Shown: positions 30,070 to 38,474 of the stretch, in pieces | Layout of the letters: each line of letters starts with the position of its first letter | Numbering within the stretch: the stretch's first letter is position 1 | Assembly: GCA_963745745.1 (NCBI GenBank) | Contig: CAVUYS010000017.1 | Span: 17,734-81,733 of the forward strand | DNA: 64,000 nucleotides | Reading direction: 5' to 3' | Origin: an uncultured Spirochaetota bacterium | GTDB taxonomy: Bacteria > Spirochaetota > Spirochaetia > SZUA-6 > DRHE01 | Notes under the pieces: generated by a model | Told to the model about the DNA's origin: nothing | The model's database searches: none | What the model saw: only the letters and a program-made list of their open reading frames with translations | Program-made: the position numbers and the translations under genes

Positions 30070-31906
30070 GATCCTCCGCCTCCAGGAGGTTTTCCGGGAC
30101 TACGGGAACATCGAGGCGGTCCGGGGAGTGAGCCTGGCCATCAGGGCGGGGGAAGTCCACGCCCTGGTCGGCCAGCACGGGGCCGGCAAGACGACGCTGG
30201 CCCTGCTGATCAGCGGAAAGCTCCCCCCGAAGTCCGGAAGCATCACCTTCTGTGGCAGGCGCTACGCCTCGCTGAACCTGGGACTCTCCAACCGCCTGGG
30301 CATCAAGATGGTCTACCAGCAGGTGTACCTGAACGATTACTTCACGGTGGCGGAGAACCTGTTCTTTCACGACCCCAGCGTCAACCGCTTCGCCTGGAGC
30401 TCGCCCCGGCGCCTGAATCGGGCCGCGGCGGAACTTTTCGGCCGGCACGGCTTCGACATCGACCCCGGCGCCAAGCTGCGGGCCCTGAGCCTTTCGGACC
30501 GCACCGTGGTGGATATCCTGAAGCAGCTCTACGCCGGGCCGGTCCTGCTGGTGCTCGACGAGGCCCTGGAGAAGCTGTCGCCCGCCGCGCTGGAGCGGAT
30601 CGTCCCCCTGCTGCTGGAGCGCGCCCGGCAGGGCCTGGCCCTCCTGTTCATCACCCACCGCATCGACGACGTGTACCGCTACGCCCACAAGGTCAGCATT
30701 CTGCGCGACGGGCAGCTGATCTTCAGCGGCAGCACCGCCGACATCGACCAGATCAACCTGGTGCGCCTGGCCTACACGCAGTTCTCGGCCCAGGCCAGCC
30801 CCACCGCCGCGAACGCCGAGTTCACCCGCTTCCTGCGCTACAACGAGGCGATCCTGGCCCACCTGCCCCTCAGCCTCCTGCTCACCGACCTGGAGGGCCG
30901 GGTGAAGCTGGCCAACGAGCACTTCCAGAACGCCCTCGGCCGCCCGAGCTCCGGCTACCTGGACCGGCCCGTGCTGGAGGTCCTGGACGGCCTGAGCGGC
31001 GCGGACTCAGGCGAGCTGGCCCAGGCGCTGCAGAGCCAGGCCGACCGGGAGTTCTACAACGTGCGCCTGGCGATGGGCGGGCGGGACACCCTGCACAACA
31101 TCAAGACCCTTTCGGTGTTCGACGGGGAGATGCCCATTGGCACCATGCTGGTCCTGGAAGACATCACGGAGTACGACAAGCTGCAGAAACAGATCCTGCT
31201 GACCGAGAAGCTGGCTTCCGTCGGCCTGCTGGCCGCCGGGGTGGCCCACGAGATCAACAACCCGCTGGAGATCATCTACAACTACCTGGCCACCCTGCGC
31301 AACCGGGCCGCCAGCCAGGGCACCCGCGACACGGTGAACAAGCTGCAGGAGGAGATTTCCTACATTTCCACGATCGTCAGCAACCTGGTGAATCTGGCCG
31401 ATCCCGGCCGCCTGGACCAGGGGGAGCAGGAGCTGAACGAGGTGATCGGCAAAATCCTGGACCTGCTGCGGCAGAGCGCCCGCTCCAGGAGCATCAACAT
31501 CCGTTTCTCCTCCGGCAAGCCCGCCATCCGGGCGTGGGTGAACGCCAACGAGCTGAAGCAGGTCGTTCTCAACCTGATCAAGAACAGCTTCGAGGCCATG
31601 CCCGAGGGGGGCACCGTGGCCGTGGCCACCGACGAGGTGCTGCTGGAGGGGGTTCCTACCGCCCTCATCACGGTCCAGGACGACGGCCCGGGCATCCGGG
31701 CGGACAACCTCATCGACATCTTCCTTCCTTTTTACACAACGAAGAAGGCCCGGGGCAGCAACAGCGGCCTCGGGCTATCGGTCACCTACGCGATCCTGGA
31801 ACGCTACGGCGGCAAGATCACGGCCGAGAACCTGCCCCGGGGCTGCCGCTTCACGATCAGCCTGCCGCAGCGGCCGGTTTCCCCCCCGGTTGCAGGCAAG
31901 CAGTAA
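30032..31906 (+). CDS. Cytoplasmic sensor histidine kinase with N-terminal ABC-transporter nucleotide-binding-domain-like sensor (NBD - PAS - HisKA - HATPase_c)
   Basis: Residues 10-250: Walker A GQHGAGKTT, Q-loop, degenerate signature LSLSDR, Walker B LLVLDEA, H-loop ITHRIDD. Then a PAS-like segment, then H-box GVAHEINNPL and the N/G1/G2 boxes (..LIKNSFEAM.., ..DDGPGI.., ..GSNSGLGLS..). No TM helices. Confidence 0.8.
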   Translation: MESTPAATIAASEILRLQEVFRDYGNIEAVRGVSLAIRAGEVHALVGQHGAGKTTLALLISGKLPPKSGSITFCGRRYASLNLGLSNRLGIKMVYQQVYLNDYFTVAENLFFHDPSVNRFAWSSPRRLNRAAAELFGRHGFDIDPGAKLRALSLSDRTVVDILKQLYAGPVLLVLDEALEKLSPAALERIVPLLLERARQGLALLFITHRIDDVYRYAHKVSILRDGQLIFSGSTADIDQINLVRLAYTQFSAQASPTAANAEFTRFLRYNEAILAHLPLSLLLTDLEGRVKLANEHFQNALGRPSSGYLDRPVLEVLDGLSGADSGELAQALQSQADREFYNVRLAMGGRDTLHNIKTLSVFDGEMPIGTMLVLEDITEYDKLQKQILLTEKLASVGLLAAGVAHEINNPLEIIYNYLATLRNRAASQGTRDTVNKLQEEISYISTIVSNLVNLADPGRLDQGEQELNEVIGKILDLLRQSARSRSINIRFSSGKPAIRAWVNANELKQVVLNLIKNSFEAMPEGGTVAVATDEVLLEGVPTALITVQDDGPGIRADNLIDIFLPFYTTKKARGSNSGLGLSVTYAILERYGGKITAENLPRGCRFTISLPQRPVSPPVAGKQ

Positions 31907-31939
31907 CCCGGCGCCGGCCTTCCGGCGTTTGCCACGCCG

Positions 31940-31968
31940 GCCGCGGGCGGGTATAATCCGGCCCATCA
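31940..31968 (+). promoter_or_regulatory. Strong sigma70 promoter TTGCCA-17-TATAAT; the ATG of the downstream ORF lies about 10 nt after the -10 (leaderless or near-leaderless mRNA)
   Basis: Read directly. Preceded by a short hairpin cgccgg-cctt-ccggcg after the kinase stop. Confidence 0.5.
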
Positions 31969-31978
31969 TGGCCCGCAG

Positions 31979-33098
31979 CATCGAAGTCCTCCGCGTCTCC
32001 GAACGAAGCCCGCAGGAAAAAGAGTTCATCGCCTTCCCCAAGCGCCTGTACCGGGGCTGCCCGCAGTGGGTGCCCTGGTTCGACCTGGACATGCGGATGA
32101 TGCTTCGCCGCAGGCATCCCTACTTCCGTCAGGCCTCCGGGGATTTCTTCCTGGTCCGCGAAAACGGCCGCACCCTGGGGCGGGCCTGCGTGGTGAAAAA
32201 TCCCAGCTACATCGCCCAGCACAAGACCGCCTGCGCCCAGTTCTACTTCTTCGACGTGGAGGAAGACCCGCCGGCGGCCGAGGCCCTGCTGCGGCGCCTG
32301 CAGGAATGGGCCCGGGGGCAGGGGCTGGGGCTCCTGCGGGGCCCCATGCTGCTGGGCGGGGCCTCGGGCAGCGGCATCCTGGTCCAGGGCTTCGAGCACC
32401 GGGCGGCCATGACCATGATGCCCTACAACTACCCCTACTACCCGCGCCTGCTGGAGGAGCTGGGGTTCCGCAAGCACGTGGACCTGTACTCCATGGACCT
32501 GCCGCCGGACAAATTCCGCCTGCCGGAGCGTGTGCGGGCGGCGGCCGGGAAGGTGCTGGCCCGGGGACGCTTCCGCGTGCTGGAGTTCCGCAGCAAGCGC
32601 GACTTGAGGAAGGTGGCCGACCGCATCGCCGGGCTGTACAACGCGACCCTGGCCGACCACCTGGAGGACTACCCCCTGAGCGACGCGGAGCTGGAGCAGT
32701 CCAAGAAGGATCTGCTGGTCATTGCCGACCCCCGCCTGGTCAAGATCCTGGCCTATGACGGGCAGATCGTCGGGTACCTGTTCGGCTTCCCGGACCTTTC
32801 CCGCGCGCTGCAGAAGAACGCCGGCCGCCTGGGCCCCCTCCAGCTGCTGCGCCTGCTCTCGGCGATCCGTTCCAACGACGAGCTGATCCTGAACGGCATG
32901 GGCATCCTGCCCCAATACCAGCGCCTGGGAGGCAATGCCCTGCTGTACCACGAGCTGGAAAAGTCCGCCGCCGGCGGGAGCTTCCGCCGGGCCGAGCTGG
33001 TGCAGGTCTCGGAGCGCACCGAGCTGATGCTGCGCGACATCCAGACCCTGGGTGGCCGCATCTGCAAGGTGCACCGCATGTACGAGAAGGAGTGCTGA
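31979..33098 (+). CDS. Hypothetical protein, about 373 aa, possibly GNAT-fold acyltransferase-like
   Basis: Uninterrupted ORF from MARSIEVLRV with coding-like GC3. No confident family assignment from sequence alone. Confidence 0.45.
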
Positions 33099-33179
33099 GA
33101 GGCGGCCCCTGGACAGACGGCCCGGGGCATGCTATAGTTCCCGCATAGCGAGACGCCGTTTCGCATAGAGAAACCTGGC

Positions 33180-33948
33180 ATGCCGGTCCTATCTTCGGTC
33201 TCCAAAGCCCTGACCCTCCTGGACGCCTTCACCGCCGAGAAGCCGGAGCTCACCCTCACCGAGCTGGCCCGCCAGGCCGGGGCCCACAAGTCCTCCGCCT
33301 TCCGCCTGTTGAGCCACCCTGGAAGCCCACGGCTTCGTGGAGAAGAGCCCCTCCGGAAGGGGCTACCGCCTGGGCTGGAAGCCCCTGGAGCTTTCCGGCC
33401 GCCTGCTGGGCCGCTACGAGCTGCGCGAGCTGGCCGCCCCCCACATGGAGGAGCTGGCCCAGAAGAGCGGGGAGATCGTGCACCTGTCCATCCTGGACGG
33501 GGCGGAAATCGTGTACCTGGACAAGCGCGGGCGCAGCCAGCCGCTGACCGTCTCCACGACCGTCGGCGGGCGCAGCCCGGCCCACGCCTCGGCCATGGGC
33601 AAGGTGCTGCTGGCCGGCCTGCCGCCCGCGGAAGTGCTGCGCCTGCTGGGCGGCCGGCCCCTGAGGCGCTTCACCCCCACCACCATCACGGACCGGCGCC
33701 GCCTGGGCCGCGAGCTGGAAGCCATCCGGCGCCAGGGCTTCGCCCTGGACAACGAGGAAGCCTTCCCCGGCATCCGCTGCGTGGCCGCCCCCCTGCGCGG
33801 GCGCGCAGGGCGGGTGCTGGCCGCCCTGAGCCTGACCGTGCCCGCCCAGCGCATGGGCGCGCGCCGGCAGGCCGAGCTGAAAGACTGGGTCACGGACACC
33901 GCCGCCCGGATTTCCGACCGGATCCGGGCGGGCGGAATCGACGCATAG
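33180..33948 (+). CDS. IclR-family transcriptional regulator; frameshift near 33318
   Basis: HTH part MPVLSSVSKALTLLDAFTAEKPELTLTELARQAGAHKSSAFRLL, then (other frame) ..LEAHGFVEKSPSGRGYRLGWKPLEL.. and the IclR effector domain (..GIRCVAAPL..). Confidence 0.75.
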
Positions 33949-33969
33949 ACGAGCCAAAGGAGAAACGAA

Positions 33970-34608
33970 TGTCGGTACAGGAACTGCAGCAGGCAGTGGA
34001 GGCCGGGGACAAGGACCGCGCCACGGCGCTGGCCCGGGACCTGCTGGGCAAGGGCACGGACGGCCCTGAAGATCATCGAGTCCCTCACCCAGCTGATGAG
34101 CGTGGTCGGCGAGAAGTTCTCCCGCCTGGAGATCTTCCTGCCGGAGATGATGATGGCCGGCGCGGCCATGTCCGCGGTGGTGGAGCTGCTGGGCCCGCAG
34201 CTGAAAGCCAGCAAACAGGGCCAGCCCAAGGGCAGGATCGTGCTGGGCACCGTGATGGGCGACCTGCACGAGATCGGCAAGAACATCGTCAAGCTGATGC
34301 TGGAGACCCAGTTCTTCGAGGTGAAGGACCTGGGGGTCAACGTGGACGCGGTCGTCTTCATCAAGGAGGCCGAGGCCATGGGCGCCAACCTGATCGGCGC
34401 CTCCTCCCTGATGACCACCACCATGCCCCACCAGAAGGAGATCGTGAACCTCCTGAAAGACAAGGGGCTGCGCGCCAAGTACAAGGTCGTGGTCGGCGGG
34501 GCGCCCGTGAACCAGAAATGGGCCGAGGAGATCGGCGCGGACCTGTACAGCCCGGACGCGGGAACCGCCCCGCGGATGATCGGCGAGCTGCTGAAGGAGA
34601 AAGCATAA
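33970..34608 (+). CDS. Corrinoid (B12)-binding methyltransferase partner protein (B12-binding_2 cap + B12-binding Rossmann domain); frameshift near 34060
   Basis: MSVQELQQAVEAGDKDRATALARDLL (cap), then ..RIVLGTVMGDLHEIGKNIV.. (DxHxxG B12 motif), ..GASSLMTTTM.., ..KVVVGGAP.. Confidence 0.75.
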   Translation, partial: CRYRNCSRQWRPGTRTAPRRWPGTCWARARTALKIIESLTQLMSVVGEKFSRLEIFLPEMMMAGAAMSAVVELLGPQLKASKQGQPKGRIVLGTVMGDLHEIGKNIVKLMLETQFFEVKDLGVNVDAVVFIKEAEAMGANLIGASSLMTTTMPHQKEIVNLLKDKGLRAKYKVVVGGAPVNQKWAEEIGADLYSPDAGTAPRMIGELLKEKA

Positions 34609-35990
34609 TGTCCAGTCCATATCGCTTGTGGGAGATCCAGGAACGCTCCAACACCGGTCCGTTCTGCGAGGAGAACGACTTCCTGCCCAAGCTCTTCACC
34701 CCGAAGCTGAAGGAAGTCATCAAGAAGTACCAGATCAAGTACGACCCGAAAAACCCCGTCCCCTCGGACGACGCGCTGGCCGACCGGGTGTGGCAGGCCG
34801 GCTGGGAGCTGTACCGCGAGGTGGGGCTGTACAACACCGACACCCACCGCATCATCAAGGTCAGCGACCAGGAAATCAAGGAAGCCCTGTACATGCACCC
34901 GGGCCAGTACTGGGTGGGGGCGGGCAAGGACGCCGTGCTGTGGAAGCACCGCCAGGTGGAGGACCGCAAGACCCCCTTCGCCCTGTTCAGCCCGGACTGC
35001 ACCTGCTCCGAGGAGCTGCACTACTCCATGTGCCTGGCCTACCTGAAAGAGCCGCTGCTGGACGGGTTCTGCGCCCCGATCCTGGAGGAATCCATGGGGC
35101 AGAAGATCGCCTCCGCCTCCCCCTTCGAGATCAACGGCTGCACGCAGCACATCTACAACCTGCGCCTGGCGGCCAAGCAGGTCGGGCGGCCGGGGACCTT
35201 CTTCGTGGCCGTGGGCACCGCCGAGCACGACAGCGGGCAGATCGCCGTTTCCAACAACGAGTGGGGCGTGCGCACGACGGACGCCAGGATCATCGGCACC
35301 CTGACCGAGTTCAAGACCGCCAACACCCTGCTCAACCGCGTGGTGCACTGCGCCCAGTACGGCTGCTACGCCGGCAACCTCACCGGGGCCATCTACGGCG
35401 GCTGGTGCGGAGGCTCGGAAGGGGTGGCCGTGGCCACCGTGGCCTACTCCCTGAACGGCCTGCTGGCCTACGGGGCGATCTTCAACCAGCACTTCCCCTT
35501 CCACCTGAACTGGGGCTCCAACACCACCCGCGAGCTGCTGTGGCCCATCGCCGTGGCCGGCCAGGCCCTGTCGCGCAACTCCAAGCTGCTGTACACCTCC
35601 AACGGCTTCTCCAACGCCGGGCCCATGACCGAGATGGTGTTCTACGAGACCGCCTGCCACGCCCTGGTGAGCGTGGTGAGCGGCTGGGACCTGTGGGAGA
35701 TGGCCTCGGCGCGCAACAAGCACCGCAACCGGGCCACCCCGCTGGAGGCCCGCCTGGGCATGGAGGTCGGGCACGCCGTGGCCCGCCAGGGCATGACCCG
35801 GGCCCAGGCCAACGAGATCGCCAACCGCATCCTGGCCAAGTACGAGCAGCGGGCCGCGGACGCGCCGATCGGCAGCCGAGTACCAGGACTGCTACCACGT
35901 GGCCACGGCCCTGCCCACCCAGGAGCACCTGGACATGTACCGCCGGGTCAAGGACGAGCTGGCCGGCATGGGGATCCAGTTCCCCTACTG
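34609..35990 (+). CDS. Monomethylamine-methyltransferase (MtmB)-like protein, non-pyrrolysine homolog; frameshift near 35877
   Basis: ..GLYNTDTHRIIKVSDQEI.. (cf. MtmB GIYCTDTHRIVKYTEDEI) and ..HLNWGSNTTRELLWPIAVAG.. (cf. WGSTNTRETLMIAG). The region aligning to the Pyl site of MtmB reads GRPGTFFVAVGTAEHDSGQ with no in-frame TAG. The C-terminal 40 aa are in a shifted frame and end ..GMGIQFPY*. Confidence 0.7.
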
Positions 35991-36002
35991 ACGGGAAGCG
36001 CC

Positions 36003-37890
36003 ATGAGCCGGCTGTTGAGCGGAAACCAGGCCATCGCCTACGCCGCCCTGGAGGAGGGCGTGGCCCTGGTCACCGGTTACCCCGGCACGCCTTCCACGGA
36101 GGCCCTGACCGAGATCGAGCACCTGGCCCGCCGGGGCGAGCCCGCCCCGTACGTGGAGTGGAGCGTGAACGAGAAGGTGGCCTTCGAGCTGGGCGCCGGG
36201 GCCGCCTGGGCCGGCCAGCGCGCGCTGGTGACCATGAAGATGTCGGGGGCCAACGTGGCCCTCGACGCCTTGATCGGGGTGGCCCACTCCGGGGTGAACG
36301 GCGGCCTGGTGGTGTACGTGGCCGACGACCCGGGGGTCGAGGCGGGGATGCCCGAGCAGGACTCCCGCCTGCTGGCCCAGCTCTGCGGGCTGCCTCTGCT
36401 GGATCCCGCGGACCCGGCGTCGGCCTACCGCCTCACCCGCTACGCCTTCGGCCTCTCGGAGCGCACCGGGCTGCCCGTGCTCCTGCGCTCCGTGACCTCG
36501 GTGGCCCACGCCCGCTCTCCCGTGGACTCCACCCGGCGCTGGCGGCCGCTGGACCGTCCGGCCTCCTTCAGCCGCGACATCAGCCGCTACACCAAGGCCG
36601 GTTCGGCCATCTGCCTCGCGCAGCACCGGGAAAACCTGGCCCGCCTGGCGATGGCGGAAGAGGCCTTCCGCTCCGACGGGATCAACGTCTTGTCGCCGGG
36701 CGGCCCCTCGGACGGCGACCGGATCGGGGTGATCGGCGCGGGGGCGGTGATCGCCGGCCTGGCCGAGGCCCTGGAGGAGCGGGAGGCCGCCGGGCAGACG
36801 GTGCCGGCCGGCCTGTTCCTGGAGGGGGTCCTGCCGCTGGAGGAGGGCAAGGTGCGCGAGCTGCTGGCCTCCTGCGGCAGCCTGACCGTGTTCGAGGAGC
36901 TGGAGCCCGTGGTGGAGCGCGAGGTGCGCGGCCTGGCCACGCGCCTGGGCTGGCAGGGGCGCATCCTGGGCAAGATGGACGGCGTGCTCCCGCGCGTGGG
37001 GCGCTACACGCGGCGCGAGATCCTGGCCGGGCTGGCGGCGCTGGATGGCAAGGCCACCACCGCCACCACCGCGGCAACGCCGGAAGCCCCGCCGGTGAAG
37101 CACCCCATCACCTTCTGCGCCGGCTGCCCGCACCGCGGCACCTACCTGGCCCTGAACCGGGCCCTGAAGGCCCTGAAGCTGCCCAAGGAAGAGGTCGTGG
37201 TCACCGGGGACATCGGCTGCACGATCCTGGGCATGAACGCCCCCTTCAGCTCCTGCTGGACGGAGCTGGCCATGGGCTCCAGCCTGGGCCTGGCCCAGGG
37301 CTTCCAGCGGGCCGGCCTGAAGGGGCCGCTGGTGGCCACCATCGGGGACTCCACCTTCTTCCACGCCGGCCTGCCGGCGCTGGTGAACGCGGTGCAGCAC
37401 GACACCCCCCTGGTGCTGGTCATCCTGGACAACGGCTGGACCAGCATGACCGGCTTCCAGGCCAACCCCGGCACGGCCCCCGCGCTGCAGGCCGCCGGCA
37501 GCCGCCGGGTCTCGATCGAGGCCGTGGTGCGGGCCATGGGCGTGGACTTCCTGGAGCGGATGGATCCCTTCGACCAGCCGGCGGCCATCGAGGTGATGAA
37601 GCGGGCCCTCGCGGCCGAAGGGGTGCGGGTGGTGCTGGCCGAGCGGGAATGCGCCCTCACCGTGGCGCGCCGCGAGCCGGAAAGGGAGCTGTACCGCATC
37701 GATGCGGGAAAATGCACCTTCTGCCGGGCCTGCCTGCGCGAGACCGGCTGCCCGGCCCTGAACATGACCCGCAGCGGGCCAGGGCGATGCGGGCAAGGAG
37801 CACATGGCCATCGACGAGGAGCTTTGCACCGGCTGCGGCCTGTGCGCGACCTGCTGCAAGTTCGACGCCATCCACGAGGTGGGGGCATGA
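36003..37890 (+). CDS. iorA: Indolepyruvate:ferredoxin oxidoreductase alpha subunit (TPP- and 2x[4Fe-4S]-containing); frameshift near 37780
   Basis: MSRLLSGNQAIAYAALEEGVALVTGYPGTPSTE N-terminus typical of IorA; TPP region GDIGCTILG..GDSTFFH; CTFCRACLRETGCPA and (other frame) ..IDEELCTGCGLCATCCKFDAIHEVGA* ferredoxin motifs. Confidence 0.8.
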
Positions 37891-38474
37891 ACATCCTGAT
37901 CACCGGGGTCGGCGGGCAGGGCACGGTCACCCTGGGGGACCTGATCGCCGAGCGGGCCGCGGACCTGGGGCTGCCGGTCTCGGTGTTCCACTCCCGCGGC
38001 ATGGCCCACCGCGGCGGCCGCGTGGCCGGGGAGATCCGCATCGCCTCCCGGCCCGGCCAGCGCCTGGCCGCCCGCCTGTCCCCCGGCGGGGCGGACGTGC
38101 TGGTCGGCATGGAAGTCGGGGAGACGATCAACTCCCTGCCCTTCCTGCGCGAGGGAGGGGTGGCTTTGCTGATCGACTACCGTTACGTGCCCTCCGAGTC
38201 GGCGCTCAAGAAGGAGGCCTACCCGGATCTGCAGAAGGCGGTCGAGCTGTTCTCGCGCCGCACCCCGCGCGTCTTCGCCGTGGTGCGCCCGCCGGCGCCC
38301 GTGAACCTGTTCGCCCTGGGCTGCCTGAGCGCGGCGCTGCCGGAGGAAATGGACCCCCAGGGGATCTTCGACCCGCAGGGGCTGGAGGAAACCATCCGCG
38401 GTTTCCTGAAAAAGAACACGGCAGCGAACCTCGAAGTCTTCCGCCGGGGACGCCAGCATGCCAGCCGGGGTTAA
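37887..38474 (+). CDS. iorB: Indolepyruvate:ferredoxin oxidoreductase beta subunit
   Basis: ATGA overlap with iorA; MNILITGVGGQGTVTLGDLIAERA... 196 aa, typical IorB. Confidence 0.8.
   Translation: MNILITGVGGQGTVTLGDLIAERAADLGLPVSVFHSRGMAHRGGRVAGEIRIASRPGQRLAARLSPGGADVLVGMEVGETINSLPFLREGGVALLIDYRYVPSESALKKEAYPDLQKAVELFSRRTPRVFAVVRPPAPVNLFALGCLSAALPEEMDPQGIFDPQGLEETIRGFLKKNTAANLEVFRRGRQHASRG

Noticed and set aside
33180-38474. 1764-aa plus-strand ORF
   Set aside because: Composite produced by absent stop codons in alternative frames of a high-GC region. The real content is five separate genes (IclR, corrinoid protein, MtmB-like, IorA, IorB), each entering and leaving this frame at frameshift points.
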